From positions 112,648-176,647 of the forward strand of contig JAKLFP010000004.1 of the NCBI GenBank assembly GCA_022711115.1: DNA of 64,000 nt, written 5' to 3'. Made by a program: the position numbers and the translations under genes. This document shows, one piece after another, positions 19,206-30,173 of this stretch. The DNA is from Candidatus Omnitrophota bacterium (lineage in GTDB: Bacteria > Omnitrophota > Omnitrophia > Omnitrophales > Aquincolibacteriaceae). The notes under the pieces were generated by a model. It saw nothing but the letters and a program-made list of their open reading frames with translations. It did not search any database and was not told the DNA's origin. Positions within the stretch are counted from its first letter, which is position 1. Each line of letters begins with the position of its first letter.

Positions 19206-19469
19206 ATGCAACGGCTTATGACAGCCAAGCAGGTCAGTGAGCTTATTGAGGTCAAACCCTCCACGATTTATCAGTGGGTGCATCTTGGGCTTATCCCTTA
19301 TGTGAAGCTCGGGAAATGTGTCCGTTTCAAAAAAGCCGAACTTTTCCGTTGGATCGATAAAAACCTCCGCAAAGAGCGTGTCTCGTTCAAATCCGTAGAA
19401 CGCACGCTTGGTAAACATCCCTCTGCGAAACAAAAAGAGATCTTTGATTTGTTCGGTAAGGAGTCTTAG
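19206..19469 (+). CDS. AlpA/excisionase-family HTH DNA-binding protein
   Basis: MTAKQVSELIEVKPSTIYQWVHLGLIPYVKLGKCVRFKKAELFRWI is the typical AlpA/Xis-like helix-turn-helix. Confidence 0.6.
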   Translation: MQRLMTAKQVSELIEVKPSTIYQWVHLGLIPYVKLGKCVRFKKAELFRWIDKNLRKERVSFKSVERTLGKHPSAKQKEIFDLFGKES

Positions 19470-19533
19470 CCGGCCAGGGAACAGGTAGTTGCTTCCAGTC
19501 GGTTAAGAGGTTTATAATAATGCCGTAAATGAA

Positions 19534-19773
19534 ATGCCGAAAACATGGTGGTTTCGGTTTGGTTTGCACCTGAGGAGGTGTGCCATGACAGAACCCCAAA
19601 GGCATAAGCTGGTTGTCAGTAGTGCGGTGACCGTGCTTGTATGCCTGATAGGTTATGTGATGATCTTCGGATTTCATTCATTCGATGCCAAGGCTTTGAT
19701 CGTGATGGCCGGTTTTTTTGGCATGGCGTGGAAGATTTCGACGATCAAGAAAAAACAAAGCCCGCTGATTTAA
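19534..19773 (+). CDS. small membrane protein
   Basis: 79-aa ORF with two hydrophobic helices. The start may be the internal Met (MTEPQ...). Confidence 0.25.
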   Translation: MPKTWWFRFGLHLRRCAMTEPQRHKLVVSSAVTVLVCLIGYVMIFGFHSFDAKALIVMAGFFGMAWKISTIKKKQSPLI

Positions 19774-19968
19774 AAAAAATTCCTCAGTGGTAGTGCTCAG
19801 ACAGAAAGTTTTTTCCAACATTATAAAGCAGTTTACTGATCCTTTCCCTTGTAAAACCCTGAGCCATTCAGTACACTACACATTCTATTCCGGCTTTAAA
19901 TTTTTTTCGAAGGAATAGTTGAGTTTAATCCCATTTTTGATTTGTAAAAATTAAGAGGTTTTAGATTT

Positions 19969-21079
19969 ATGAAAGAGGAAATTGATGCGCTGACGGACCG
20001 GTTGACGGATCTCAAGGAAAAACTCCGAGAGATAAGGGGGTACCTTTGACCTGGAGTCCTTGGAAAAAGAAATTGCGTCCATCAATCAAAAAATGGCTAG
20101 GGCTGATTTCTGGGATCGTCAGCAGGATGCCCAGGCTACGGTTGAAAGACTGAAAACTCTCAAAAAAATTGTGGATCCCTGGCATAAAGCCAATCATGCC
20201 GCCAGTGATCTTGTCGAGTTGCTCGGCATGATGGATGAACATCAGGCGGAATCCCTTGCGGAATTTCAGCAGGATGTCGCGAAGCTTGCCAGGGAAGTCG
20301 AACTTCTGGAATTCCAACGCCTTCTCTCCGATCCTTTTGATCCCAATAACGCCATCGTCAGTATTAATGCCGGAGCCGGCGGAACGGAGGCTTGTGATTG
20401 GGCCCAAATGCTTTTTCGCATGTATAGCCGATGGACGGAACAGCATGATTGCACCATGCAGATGATCGATATGATGCAGGGTGAAGAAGCAGGGATTAAG
20501 AGCGTCACCTTTTTGGTGCAGGGCAGTTATGCTTATGGTTATCTCAAGGCTGAATCCGGCGTGCACCGGCTTGTCCGCATCTCTCCTTTTGATGCGAACA
20601 AGCGCCGCCACACTTCTTTCGCTTCGGTCGATGTGATCGCGGAAGTGGATGACGTCCCCGAAATCGAAATTAAAGATGCCGATATCCGGATCGACGCGTA
20701 CCGTGCAGGAGGCGCGGGCGGGCAGCATGTGAACAAGACTTCGAGTGCGATCCGCATTACGCATCTTGCGACAGGGATTGTGACGCAGTGCCAAAATGAA
20801 AGGTCGCAATTCCAGAACAAACAAGTGGCGCTGAAAGTTTTAAAAGCCAGACTTTTTGAAAGATTGCGCCAGGAAAAGGAAGCGGCGCTTTCCACAAAAT
20901 ACGGGCCCAAAAAAAAGATCGAGTGGGGCTCTCAAATACGTTCCTATGTTTTTCATCCTTATACCATGGTCAAGGATCATCGTACCGACTATGAAACGTC
21001 GAACGGCCAGGCCGTGATGGACGGTGATTTGGACGCTTTTATTGAAACTTATTTAAAACAGAACGTGACAAAGAGTTAA
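19969..21079 (+). CDS. prfB: peptide chain release factor 2 with programmed +1 frameshift
   Basis: Frame 0 runs ATG 19969 ... AGG GGG TAC CTT TGA (stop at 20047-20049). Shifting +1 reads CTT-(T)-GAC and continues as [14 protein letters not shown] into the 20060 ORF. SD-like AGGGGG sits before the CUU UGA C slippery site, as in E. coli. GGQ motif GGQHVNKT. Confidence 0.9.
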
Positions 21080-21096
21080 ATCGCAAGGAAAACTCC

Positions 21097-23781
21097 ATGA
21101 TTAATTTGATATTGCAAAAGATATTCGGCACGCAGAATGCGCGCACGCTAAAAAAGATTTGGCCGATTGTGGCGCAGGTCAATGCCTTCGAACCGGCGGT
21201 TCAAAAGCTCACAGACGGTGAACTTCGTGCCAAGACCGATGAATTCAGGAAACGTTTGGCAGACGGTCAAACGCTTAATGATATTCTTCCCGAGGCATTT
21301 GCCGTAGTACGCGAGGCATCCAAACGCACGACCAAAATGCGGCATTTCGATACGCAGATCCTCGGTGGTATTGTGCTTCATCAGGGCAAGATCGCGGAGA
21401 TGTCCACCGGCGAGGGGAAAACGCTTGTGGCTACGTTGCCCGTTTATTTGAATGCGCTCGAAGGGAAGGGTGTGCATCTTGTAACGGTGAACGATTATTT
21501 AGCCAAGCGTGACCGAAACTGGATGGGACCCATTTACGAATTCCTCGGGCTTACGGTTGGTGTAATCCAGCATGATATTCCCCAGGAAGAACGGCAGGCT
21601 GCTTATGCCGCGGACATCACATACGGAACAAACAATGAATTTGGGTTCGACTACCTTCGCGATAACATGGTCACCAGTCTTGAAATGCGCGTGCAGCGGC
21701 CGCTTCATTACGCGATCGTGGACGAAGTCGACTCGATCCTGATCGATGAGGCTCGGACGCCGCTCATTATTTCCGGCCCGGCAGAAGAATCAACGGACAA
21801 ATATTATAAAGCCCAGCGTGCGGCTCTTTCGCTCCAAGGTCACCGGATTACCAAGGAGGAGGTCGATCCCGAATGGAAAGCAAAGCTGGAACAAATTAAA
21901 AAGGAATGCGATTACATCGCGGATGAAAAAGCCAAGACCATACGGCTGACGGAATCTGGGGAAACCAAAGCCGCGCGGATCATGGGTGTCGCCAATATGC
22001 ACGATTCGGACACCGTGGCCGAGCGTCATCACGTTATCACCGCTTTGCGCGCGAAGGAGTTTTTCGAGCGTGATGTGGATTATGTGGTCAAGGATGACGA
22101 GATTTTGATTGTTGATGAATTCACGGGGCGACTGATGCCGGGGCGCCGTTTTTCGGACGGTCTCCATCAAGCGCTCGAAGCCAAGGAGAATGTGGAAATT
22201 CAACGCGAGAACCAGACGCTTGCCACGATCACTTTTCAGAATTATTTCCGCATGTACAAGAAGCTTGCCGGCATGACGGGTACGGCCGCGACCGAGGCCG
22301 TGGAATTCGACAAAATTTATAAACTAGATGTGGTGGTGGCCCCGACAAACCGCCCCTGTATTCGAGACGATCACGCGGATTGCATCTACCGTACCGAAAA
22401 AGAAAAATTCGACGCCGTGGTGCGTGAAATTGTGGAGATTCATAAAGAAGGCCGTCCGGTGCTGGTGGGGACCATCTCAATCGAAAAGTCCGAGCGCTTG
22501 AGTCGCATGCTCCAGAAGATCAATCTGCCGCATACCGTGCTCAACGCCAAGTACCACGAAAAAGAAGCTGAGATCGTGGCGCAGGCCGGGCAACCCGCGG
22601 TCGTGACAATCGCGACGAATATGGCAGGCCGCGGTACTGATATCGTGCTTGGGCCGGGGATCGCGGAAAAGGGAGGTCTTGCGGTGATCGGCACGGAGCG
22701 GCATGAGGCGCGGCGTATCGACAATCAGTTGCGAGGTCGGTGCGGCCGCCAGGGCGATCCCGGTTCTTCGAAATTTTTCATTTCTCTCGAAGACGAACTC
22801 ATGCGGCTTTTCGGTTCGGATCGCATTTCGGTTTTAATGCAGAGGATGGGGATGCAGGAAGGCGATGAGATCCAGCACCCGCTGATCAGCCGGGCCATGG
22901 AAACGGCACAGAGACGTGTGGAAGCTCATAACTTTGATATCCGCAAACATCTTCTGGAATATGATGACGTCATGAACCGTCAGCGCGAATTGATCTATGG
23001 CGAGCGCGATCTCGTGCTCAAAGGAAACTACGAAGAACTAAAGAAACATTTATTTGCGATGTTCGAAAATGTCGTCGAAAACATGGCGGTGACTTATGTG
23101 AATCCGGATATCCGCGAAGAAGAGAAAGATCCCGAAGGGTTCATCACGGCTCTCGGAGAGCGGTTTGGCGTAAATTTTCGTGAATGTGTGGACCAAAATC
23201 TGGACAGCATCGATGCTCTTCTTGAGGCTATCGAAAAAAAGATCCAAGAAGCATTTCAGACGCGCGAACAATCGTTCGGTTCCGAGCGGATGCAGTACCT
23301 TTTGAAATTTATTTTACTTCAAGTGCTCGACACGAAATGGAAAGAACACCTTTATGGATTGGATAATCTCCGTGAGGGGATCGGTTTACGGGCCTACGGG
23401 CAGCGCGATCCGCTGGTAGAATACAAGCGCGAGGCTTTCAATATGTTCGATCAGATGACGGACAGCGTCAAAGAAGAAGCCGTGGATCTTCTGTTCCGGG
23501 TGCAGGTGGTTCATGAAACCAAAACAATGAGTGCGGTCGATGCCCAAAAAGCCCAATTTCTTCATCCCGAATCGCAAAGCCTTGCTGAAAGCAAACCCGC
23601 GAAACTTGACCGAGGTTTGAGGAACATGGGGGAACCGTCGGGATTTGCCGCGCGAAATGAAGCCCCGGACAATCGAGCGCCGGAACCGATCCGGCGTGCA
23701 GCCGAAAAGGTCGGCCGTAATGATCCCTGCCCTTGCGGGAGCGGCAAAAAATATAAAAAGTGTTGCGGGGCCAATGGCTAA
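21097..23781 (+). CDS. secA: preprotein translocase ATPase SecA
   Basis: 894 aa. DEAD-like motor motifs. C-terminal zinc-binding [14 protein letters not shown]. Confidence 0.95.
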   Translation: MINLILQKIFGTQNARTLKKIWPIVAQVNAFEPAVQKLTDGELRAKTDEFRKRLADGQTLNDILPEAFAVVREASKRTTKMRHFDTQILGGIVLHQGKIAEMSTGEGKTLVATLPVYLNALEGKGVHLVTVNDYLAKRDRNWMGPIYEFLGLTVGVIQHDIPQEERQAAYAADITYGTNNEFGFDYLRDNMVTSLEMRVQRPLHYAIVDEVDSILIDEARTPLIISGPAEESTDKYYKAQRAALSLQGHRITKEEVDPEWKAKLEQIKKECDYIADEKAKTIRLTESGETKAARIMGVANMHDSDTVAERHHVITALRAKEFFERDVDYVVKDDEILIVDEFTGRLMPGRRFSDGLHQALEAKENVEIQRENQTLATITFQNYFRMYKKLAGMTGTAATEAVEFDKIYKLDVVVAPTNRPCIRDDHADCIYRTEKEKFDAVVREIVEIHKEGRPVLVGTISIEKSERLSRMLQKINLPHTVLNAKYHEKEAEIVAQAGQPAVVTIATNMAGRGTDIVLGPGIAEKGGLAVIGTERHEARRIDNQLRGRCGRQGDPGSSKFFISLEDELMRLFGSDRISVLMQRMGMQEGDEIQHPLISRAMETAQRRVEAHNFDIRKHLLEYDDVMNRQRELIYGERDLVLKGNYEELKKHLFAMFENVVENMAVTYVNPDIREEEKDPEGFITALGERFGVNFRECVDQNLDSIDALLEAIEKKIQEAFQTREQSFGSERMQYLLKFILLQVLDTKWKEHLYGLDNLREGIGLRAYGQRDPLVEYKREAFNMFDQMTDSVKEEAVDLLFRVQVVHETKTMSAVDAQKAQFLHPESQSLAESKPAKLDRGLRNMGEPSGFAARNEAPDNRAPEPIRRAAEKVGRNDPCPCGSGKKYKKCCGANG

Positions 23782-25336
23782 AAATATGCCGGCGTTTGCT
23801 TTTTTAAAAAAGCCGGTTTTTCTTTCCTTCCTTTCCGGTCTTCTGCTTACTTTTTCTTTTCCGAATTTCTCATTCGGTTTTCTTGCCTGGCTGGCTTTTG
23901 TCCCGCTGTTGCTTGCGATCCGGCGCGCCCAAACGGATTTTCAGGCGCTCCGCTGTGGTTTCGTCACCGGGATCACTTTTTTTGGATCCTCGATGCACTG
24001 GATGACTCATGTGACGTTTGTGGGCTGGCTTTTGCTGATCTTGATGGAATCCATTTACTTTATCCTGTTCGCTTGGTGTGTTTTCTTACCGCACAGGGTA
24101 CGAATGCCCCGAGCTGTCATTCTTGTATGGATCGCATTGTCATGGAGTGCCACGGAATGGTTGCGTTCTGAAATGCCGGTGTTCGGCTTCGGATGGAATC
24201 TGCTCGCGTATTCGCAATCTTTTTATCTTACACTGATCCAATCTGCCAATTGGGCAGGCGCGTATGGTCTCGGCTTTTTGATGATGATTGTGAACGTCTG
24301 TGCTGCGGAGCTCTTGAGCCCTCGGCAAAAGAAAGTCAAGGGAGCGGCCGCAGCATTTTTTTCGGTGATCGCTTTGATCTTCATAGTTCTTTTTACTTAT
24401 GGCCAGAAAAGTCTGGCGGATGAGAAAAAACCCGAGGAGTTTTTGCGTATTTCGGTATTGCAAGGAAATATCCCCCAGTCGGTCAAGTGGGAGCTTATCG
24501 CTAAAGAAAAGATTCTTGAGATTTATGAAAAACTCACGCAGCTGGCCGCAACAGAACAGCCGGATTTGATCATTTGGCCCGAGGCCTCGTTTCCCGGCTA
24601 TTTCAACAGAGATCTTCAGTCCGAAAAGATCCAGCAGCTGGCAAGGGAAGTTCAGACACCTCTCCTGGTCGGTGCTCTCGAATGGGAAAGTCGTGAAGAA
24701 GCTTATAACAGTGCTTATTTTTTGGACAAAAAGGGGGTGGTCACTCAACGCTATGACAAACTCCGCCTCGTTCCGTTCGGCGAATACATCCCGCTACAAT
24801 TTCTCTTCGGATGGCTGACTCCGATTGCGAATGCGCTCGGGATCAGTGATTTCAGCGCCGGAAAGGATCTGGTTGTTTTCAAGTGGGCGCGGGAATCCTG
24901 GCCATTCGGGGTTTTAATCTGTTTTGAGGATGTTTTCAGTGATCTTGCCCGCCGTTACGCCGATCGCGGTGCCGTATTTTTGGCCGTGATCACGAATGAT
25001 GCCTGGTTCGGGAAGACCGGAGCGCCTTTTCAGCATCTTCAGGCTTCGATTTTCCGCGCCGTGGAAAATGGTCTTCCCGTTGTCCGATCTGCGAATACAG
25101 GTGTTTCGGCTTTTATTTCCTATCAAGGAGAGGTTCTTTCGACCGTAAAAGATAAACAGGGGAAAGAAATTTTTATGATGGGACAAACATTTGTGGATTT
25201 GCCGCTTATCACCCAGCGGACTTTTTTCCGTCAGGGGGGGTATCTTTTTTCTTGCATGGCCTTTACTTTATGGATTATTTTAGGAATCATCTTCTGGATC
25301 CGGAGCGGAATTTTTAAAAAAGGAATGCTTTTATGA
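23774..25336 (+). CDS. lnt: apolipoprotein N-acyltransferase
   Basis: N-terminal multi-TM domain. CN-hydrolase domain with LIIWPE, K ([10 protein letters not shown]) and C (VLICFE) catalytic residues. ATG 23774 overlaps the secA stop by 8 nt; the tracked ORF begins at 23645. Confidence 0.85.
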   Translation: MAKNMPAFAFLKKPVFLSFLSGLLLTFSFPNFSFGFLAWLAFVPLLLAIRRAQTDFQALRCGFVTGITFFGSSMHWMTHVTFVGWLLLILMESIYFILFAWCVFLPHRVRMPRAVILVWIALSWSATEWLRSEMPVFGFGWNLLAYSQSFYLTLIQSANWAGAYGLGFLMMIVNVCAAELLSPRQKKVKGAAAAFFSVIALIFIVLFTYGQKSLADEKKPEEFLRISVLQGNIPQSVKWELIAKEKILEIYEKLTQLAATEQPDLIIWPEASFPGYFNRDLQSEKIQQLAREVQTPLLVGALEWESREEAYNSAYFLDKKGVVTQRYDKLRLVPFGEYIPLQFLFGWLTPIANALGISDFSAGKDLVVFKWARESWPFGVLICFEDVFSDLARRYADRGAVFLAVITNDAWFGKTGAPFQHLQASIFRAVENGLPVVRSANTGVSAFISYQGEVLSTVKDKQGKEIFMMGQTFVDLPLITQRTFFRQGGYLFSCMAFTLWIILGIIFWIRSGIFKKGMLL

Positions 25337-25524
25337 AAATCATAAAACTTTTATTTACGGCTTTCTTTTTTGTTTTATTTTTTCAGGGTTGCGTACGCGT
25401 GGCAGGCACGGCCGGCTATTGGCATCAGGGAGCAGAGGATGCCGAACCCAAAGTCAAACAAGTGGGTTTTGATACGCAAAATCTCATTCCGGCGGCTCCA
25501 CCCTCTGCGGATATCAAGATATAA
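25333..25524 (+). CDS. small putative lipoprotein
   Basis: [20 protein letters not shown] has a lipobox-like FQGC. 63 aa. Confidence 0.35.
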   Translation: MKIIKLLFTAFFFVLFFQGCVRVAGTAGYWHQGAEDAEPKVKQVGFDTQNLIPAAPPSADIKI

Positions 25525-25645
25525 CGGTCCAATCTCCGGAGTTGGGATGCGCAAGGATGCTTGAGGCTGGTTTGATGATGGTGCTTTCGATGCAAGTCAA
25601 AAATGATAAAAATAGTTTGCCGTTCTTAATAAGTTGCCCAACCGT

Positions 25646-27619
25646 TTATAAACGGTTTTGAGAAAGTTCCGCGTTATTTATTTTACTCCACTCTTGAGAT
25701 AATCGTTTGGCCCTGTCCCATTCCTGCATTTGTTCCAGTTTCTCAAGTTGTTTTTGAGCGGCGGTGACGTTACCTGTTTGGGCATAAGCTTCACCGAGGT
25801 CATAAATCATTTCCGCATTATGAGGATCCAGCGAGCAAGCCTTCTGAAGAAGGTTGATGGCTTTTTCGAATTCTTTGCGGCCTCGAGCTATTAACCCGAG
25901 ATTATAGTAAGCAGGAGATAAAAAAGGGTTGATCTTTATGGCTGCTTCAAGATTTGTGACGGCCTCAGCGATATTTCTCTTTCGGATATTAAAGATTCCT
26001 AAATTGACATAAGCAATGTAATAAGTCGGGAACTTCTGTATAGCTTTCTGGAGTATTTCAATCGCAAGATCCTGTTGGCCCATCGCGTCGTAGAGAAGTC
26101 CTAAATTGTTGTACGAGTCATAAAATTCGGGATCCGATTCGATGGCTTTTTGATAGAGAGGCAAGGCTTTTTCGAAATTTCCGCTTTGATGAAACAAGGT
26201 AGCAAGATTGAAATAGCTAATGGCAAAGTGAGGATCTTTTTCCAGGGCCTTCTCGTAAGACTCTTTGGCTCTTATGGGGTCATGCAAGCTGTGATAGAAG
26301 TAATTCCCCAAATTGTTGTAAGGTCTTGCTTTATTCGGCGATTTTTTAATGACATCTTCCCACAGCAACTGTTCCGACCCCCAAATATGATTGCGGGTGT
26401 AGGCCATGCACGAAAAGATCATAACGACCAGAGAACCCGCCACCATAAAGTAAGACGCCTTCTCTAAAAAAGAAAATAGGCCGATCCCTAGCAGTAATGC
26501 GCATCCGACAAGGGGAAGATACATGCGGTGTTCGAAAATGACGTCCTCAAGCGGGATGACGGATGATTCAACGCTCAAGGTTAGAAAGAACCAGAAGATC
26601 GAAAATGTGATAAAACGGTTTTTTTTGATCGTCCCAAGGGCTGCTGCCAATAACGTCCCCAGCAAAAATAAGCAAGCCAAAGTTTTTGGCTCCCACAAAG
26701 AATGTGCTGTCGGGTAGTCATAATCAAAATTCTGATTCACCGGCAGGAGGAAGAGACGCAGATAGGTGCATAAAACGTTAAGTTCCGTTAAAAAGTAATC
26801 GCCGCGTGGGAGTGCCTTTATGCGGATGGGAAGAAAGTTTTTGGAGTGAATGTTGTAGCTGGCGGCTTCTGAATGAACAAAATAGGGGATAATGGCCATA
26901 GTGGCTAAAAAGGGGATCAGGCGAAGAAGATTCTTTTTGGAAAAATCAAAAAACAGAAACTCAACCAACAAAAGAGCCAAAGGCAATGTAAAAGCAGTTT
27001 CTTTGCAAAACATGGCCGCAAGATTCATTCCAAAGGCCATTCCGTAATGGATCTTGTTTTGAGTCAGTCTTGCTTTGAGGTAAAAAATAATGGTTCCCAA
27101 ATAGAAAAAAGCAGTTAGGGAGGTCATGCGCTGAACAATGTAGGTTACCGATTGGGTTTGGAGCGGGTGCGACAGGAAAATTAAGGAACTGAAGGCTGCC
27201 AGAAAATATCCCGCTTTTTCAGGGTATTTTCCTTTCATTTTAGGGGTTATCAGGAGAAGCGAGATGAGAAAGTAAACCCAAATGGAGTTCAGTAGATGCA
27301 CCGCCAGATTGAAAAGGTGGTAGCCCCACACCTGATCCTTGCCCAGAGCATGATTGATTGCAAAGGACACAAAAGGAAGAAATCGGATTTTGTTATTCGA
27401 AGACCAGATCGCAGGAATGTCCCATGTCTTATAAAGGGAGATATTTTGTTTGATGTTCATACTGTCATCAAACAGGAAGGGAACATGCCAGGTATTGGAA
27501 TAAATCAGGAGCCCGAGAATGAAAATGGCAAAGCATAATAATGGAAACTTATTTTTAAAAATAAATTCCGGTATTTTTTTTTCATTTCGTGATGCGGAAG
27601 TCATTCGTTTTGTCATCAT
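25646..27619 (-). CDS. TMTC-like polytopic membrane protein (GT-C/PMT_2-like N-domain + C-terminal TPR array)
   Basis: About 400 aa with roughly 10 TM helices and an FDD motif after TM1, then at least 7 TPR repeats. This architecture matches eukaryotic TMTC O-mannosyltransferases and bacterial DUF1736-TPR proteins. Confidence 0.65.
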   Translation of the reverse strand: MMTKRMTSASRNEKKIPEFIFKNKFPLLCFAIFILGLLIYSNTWHVPFLFDDSMNIKQNISLYKTWDIPAIWSSNNKIRFLPFVSFAINHALGKDQVWGYHLFNLAVHLLNSIWVYFLISLLLITPKMKGKYPEKAGYFLAAFSSLIFLSHPLQTQSVTYIVQRMTSLTAFFYLGTIIFYLKARLTQNKIHYGMAFGMNLAAMFCKETAFTLPLALLLVEFLFFDFSKKNLLRLIPFLATMAIIPYFVHSEAASYNIHSKNFLPIRIKALPRGDYFLTELNVLCTYLRLFLLPVNQNFDYDYPTAHSLWEPKTLACLFLLGTLLAAALGTIKKNRFITFSIFWFFLTLSVESSVIPLEDVIFEHRMYLPLVGCALLLGIGLFSFLEKASYFMVAGSLVVMIFSCMAYTRNHIWGSEQLLWEDVIKKSPNKARPYNNLGNYFYHSLHDPIRAKESYEKALEKDPHFAISYFNLATLFHQSGNFEKALPLYQKAIESDPEFYDSYNNLGLLYDAMGQQDLAIEILQKAIQKFPTYYIAYVNLGIFNIRKRNIAEAVTNLEAAIKINPFLSPAYYNLGLIARGRKEFEKAINLLQKACSLDPHNAEMIYDLGEAYAQTGNVTAAQKQLEKLEQMQEWDRAKRLSQEWSKINNAELSQNRL

Positions 27620-27739
27620 GCTCCCTGGTGCGGAGCGCTCGTATGAACGTTGCTCCGGTCTTGTGTATCGCTTTTGGTCATGAACTGCCGCGTGAGGGTG
27701 ATTTTAACCGAAAGTTAAGATGACTGGAAATATTAAAAA

Positions 27740-28498
27740 TTAAATAAGAGAAAGACCGCCGTCGGCAATGAGCACTTGCCCGACGATCCAGGAAGATTCC
27801 GGAGAACAGAGGAAAGCGACGACGCGGGCAAGGTCTTCGGGTTTTCCGATCCGGCCGGCCGGGGTGCGTTTCAAGACTTCTGTTTTAAAAGTATCAAAAA
27901 AGGGAAAGGCTTTTAAGGCGTCTGTATCCACTAGACCGCCCGAGACACCATTCACACGGATGCCTTTGGGCATCAGTTCCACACCCAAATAACGGATCAT
28001 GCCTTCTAAGGCCGCTTTTGAAATTCCGATGGCACCGTAATTGGGAATATAGCGGTGAGATCCCAAACTTGAAATAGCGATGATGGAACCCTCTTTTTTG
28101 GGCTCCATGATCGGAATGACTTTTTGGACCAAGGAAAGAAAGGCTTTTGTGTTGATATTGAACGAAAGGTCCCACTGATTCATTTTGAGTCGATGGACAG
28201 GTTTGAACGCGCCGAGAGCCGCGTTATGAATCAGAATGTCGATCGTCCCGAAGGTTTTAAGAACATTTTCAATCAAAGCGGGATGGGCATCAAAATCGCC
28301 GACATTAGTTTGAAAAATATCGGTTTTGACGCCCTTAGCTTGGATTTCTTCCGCAGTCTTTTTTGCAGCTTCTTCATTTTGAAGATAATTGATCGCGATA
28401 TTCACCCCTTCCTCTGCAAGACGAAGGGCCGTAGCCTTGCCGATACCGCGTGATGCTCCCGTAATGAGAGCCGTTTTGCCTTTCAGATGCGTTTTCAT
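27740..28498 (-). CDS. SDR-family enoyl-ACP reductase, FabL-like
   Basis: TGASRGIGKA cofactor motif. Y-x6-K catalytic spacing (YGAIGISK), typical of FabI/FabL rather than FabG. SSLGS.RY..NY...G.SKAALE...RYL.VEL.PK.I.VN.VSGG..DTDALK.FP closely follows B. subtilis FabL. Start taken at MKTHLKGK. Confidence 0.65.
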   Translation of the reverse strand: MKTHLKGKTALITGASRGIGKATALRLAEEGVNIAINYLQNEEAAKKTAEEIQAKGVKTDIFQTNVGDFDAHPALIENVLKTFGTIDILIHNAALGAFKPVHRLKMNQWDLSFNINTKAFLSLVQKVIPIMEPKKEGSIIAISSLGSHRYIPNYGAIGISKAALEGMIRYLGVELMPKGIRVNGVSGGLVDTDALKAFPFFDTFKTEVLKRTPAGRIGKPEDLARVVAFLCSPESSWIVGQVLIADGGLSLI

Positions 28499-28622
28499 GA
28501 GCGATAAGATATCAGAAAAGATCAAAAATCGAAATAAAAACTTAGAGTCATTCATAAAAGTCAATCATTTCAATAAAACCCCATAATGTTCAAAGGAGTT
28601 TTTTAGGGCACAAGAACTTATC

Positions 28623-29345
28623 GTGGTTCATCGTTTTTATCGAGTTTTCAAAAAAGAAGCTTTGGGCAAAAAGATAGCATGTGCTATAATTTCCTGCCCA
28701 AAAGCAGAACTTAATGTGAATTCTATCTATCAGGGACTACGGTCTTTTCAGCGCAAAATACTGGATGGTTTGGTACGGCACTTTGCCCATCATGCATTGG
28801 AATTAAGAGCTGAAAAATTTACCAGGCTTTTTGAAAATCAGATACCCGAAAGAAGCCGGATCTTGGATCTGGGCGGGGGTTGGGGTTTTTATGCAGAGCC
28901 TCTCAAACAAAGGGGCCATGAGCATTTGATCCTGGATGTCGTGAAACCAGGGTATCAAAAAGCCCCTGTGGTGCTCTATGAGGGCACAAAGATCCCGTTT
29001 CCGGATCAAAGTTTTGATGTGACGCTTCTTGTGACCATGCTTCATCATGTGGACGATCCGGAAAGCCTTTTTCGTGAAGTTTATCGCGTGACCAGAAAAA
29101 AAGTCGTGGTGATCGAAGATCTTTATCATCATGCGGTTGGTCGTTTGTGGACCATAGGCCGTGATCGGCTTTTAAATATGGAATTTATGAGTCATCCGCA
29201 TCAATTTCGGAAACATGATGAGTGGCTTGTTTTTTTTCAGAAACAGAAATTCGCAATACTTGATTTTAAATCGGCCTATACTTGGTTGTCGGGTTTCCGT
29301 ATCTTGAACGGCGTTTATATTTTGGAACCAAATAAAAATTTATGA
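28623..29345 (+). CDS. class I SAM-dependent methyltransferase
   Basis: Motif I ILDLGGGWGFYA. Motif II acidic LDVV. Methyltransf_11-like size. Confidence 0.7.
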   Translation: MVHRFYRVFKKEALGKKIACAIISCPKAELNVNSIYQGLRSFQRKILDGLVRHFAHHALELRAEKFTRLFENQIPERSRILDLGGGWGFYAEPLKQRGHEHLILDVVKPGYQKAPVVLYEGTKIPFPDQSFDVTLLVTMLHHVDDPESLFREVYRVTRKKVVVIEDLYHHAVGRLWTIGRDRLLNMEFMSHPHQFRKHDEWLVFFQKQKFAILDFKSAYTWLSGFRILNGVYILEPNKNL

Positions 29346-29749
29346 CAACGCTCGCGATCGAAAAAGTGCTCTGGGTCAAGGAAGGCGAGGGAATTGCGGC
29401 TTGCGGTAAAATCCCTGCTGATTCGGAATTTTTTAAAGATCATTTTCCGGCTTTTCCGGTTCTTCCGGGTGTTTTAGCGCTTGAAATGCTCAAGCAGACC
29501 GCGGAGCGCTATCTGGATTCTATGGGGGAGCAACGCGGGCAGCACTATTTTTTAAAACAGATTCGCGCGACACGTTTTACAAAGTACCTCCGTCCCGGAG
29601 ACGAATGGGAAAGCAGATTGACGCTTTTACAGTATTCGGACGAAGAAACGGTTTGGGATGCAAAATTATTGCACCATCAGGAAGTGGCAGTTTCGGCGAA
29701 ATTAATTTTGGCTAAAGTTAAGAATCCGCAATCATCAGCATTATCCTAG
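29342..29749 (+). CDS. hot-dog fold beta-hydroxyacyl-ACP dehydratase, FabZ-like
   Basis: DHFPAFPVLPGVLALEMLKQ matches the FabZ HFPGNPVMPGVL..E..AQ active-site region. Start overlaps the MT stop (ATGA). Confidence 0.65.
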   Translation: MTTLAIEKVLWVKEGEGIAACGKIPADSEFFKDHFPAFPVLPGVLALEMLKQTAERYLDSMGEQRGQHYFLKQIRATRFTKYLRPGDEWESRLTLLQYSDEETVWDAKLLHHQEVAVSAKLILAKVKNPQSSALS

Positions 29750-29765
29750 GAGGAGAAAGAGAATC

Positions 29766-30173
29766 ATGGAAAACGAGCTTTTTGTAAAAGTTCAGCAGAC
29801 ATTAGCCGGAGCCTTGGGTGTGGAACAAAGTGAAATCACCCCTGAAGCATCCCTTAAGCGCGATCTCGGTGCCGAATCGATAGACTTTATTGACATTATT
29901 TTTCGGCTTGAAAAAACTTTTGATATCAAAATCCCGAGCGGCGATCTCTTTCCCAGCCATCTGCTGAATGACGAGAAGTTCGTTAAAGAGGGGATAATCA
30001 CCGCAGAAGGACTCAACGAGCTCCGCACGAAACTCCCTTATCTCGAATTAGGTGAATTTTCCAAAGACCCGCAAATTACCAAGCTGGCGGATCAATTCAC
30101 CGTCAATATGATACTTCGTTATCTTCAGGATCGTTTAGGCAAGCATTCCTGCTCTGATCAATGCTGCTCGTAA
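29766..30173 (+). CDS. acyl carrier protein with an unusual ~55-aa C-terminal extension
   Basis: DLGAESIDFIDI carries the phosphopantetheine-attachment Ser. 135 aa against about 78 for canonical ACP. Cys-rich tail HSCSDQCCS. Confidence 0.65.
   Translation: MENELFVKVQQTLAGALGVEQSEITPEASLKRDLGAESIDFIDIIFRLEKTFDIKIPSGDLFPSHLLNDEKFVKEGIITAEGLNELRTKLPYLELGEFSKDPQITKLADQFTVNMILRYLQDRLGKHSCSDQCCS

Noticed and set aside
20012-20824. 270-aa minus-strand ORF overlapping prfB
   Set aside because: Antisense to RF2, which has the GGQ motif and the frameshift site. Spurious.
25640-25657. Perfect 18-bp palindrome AACCGTTTATAAACGGTT
   Set aside because: It overlaps the stop codon of the TMTC-like gene and is followed by only a short T-run. 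Most simply a bidirectional terminator stem, not a distinct element.
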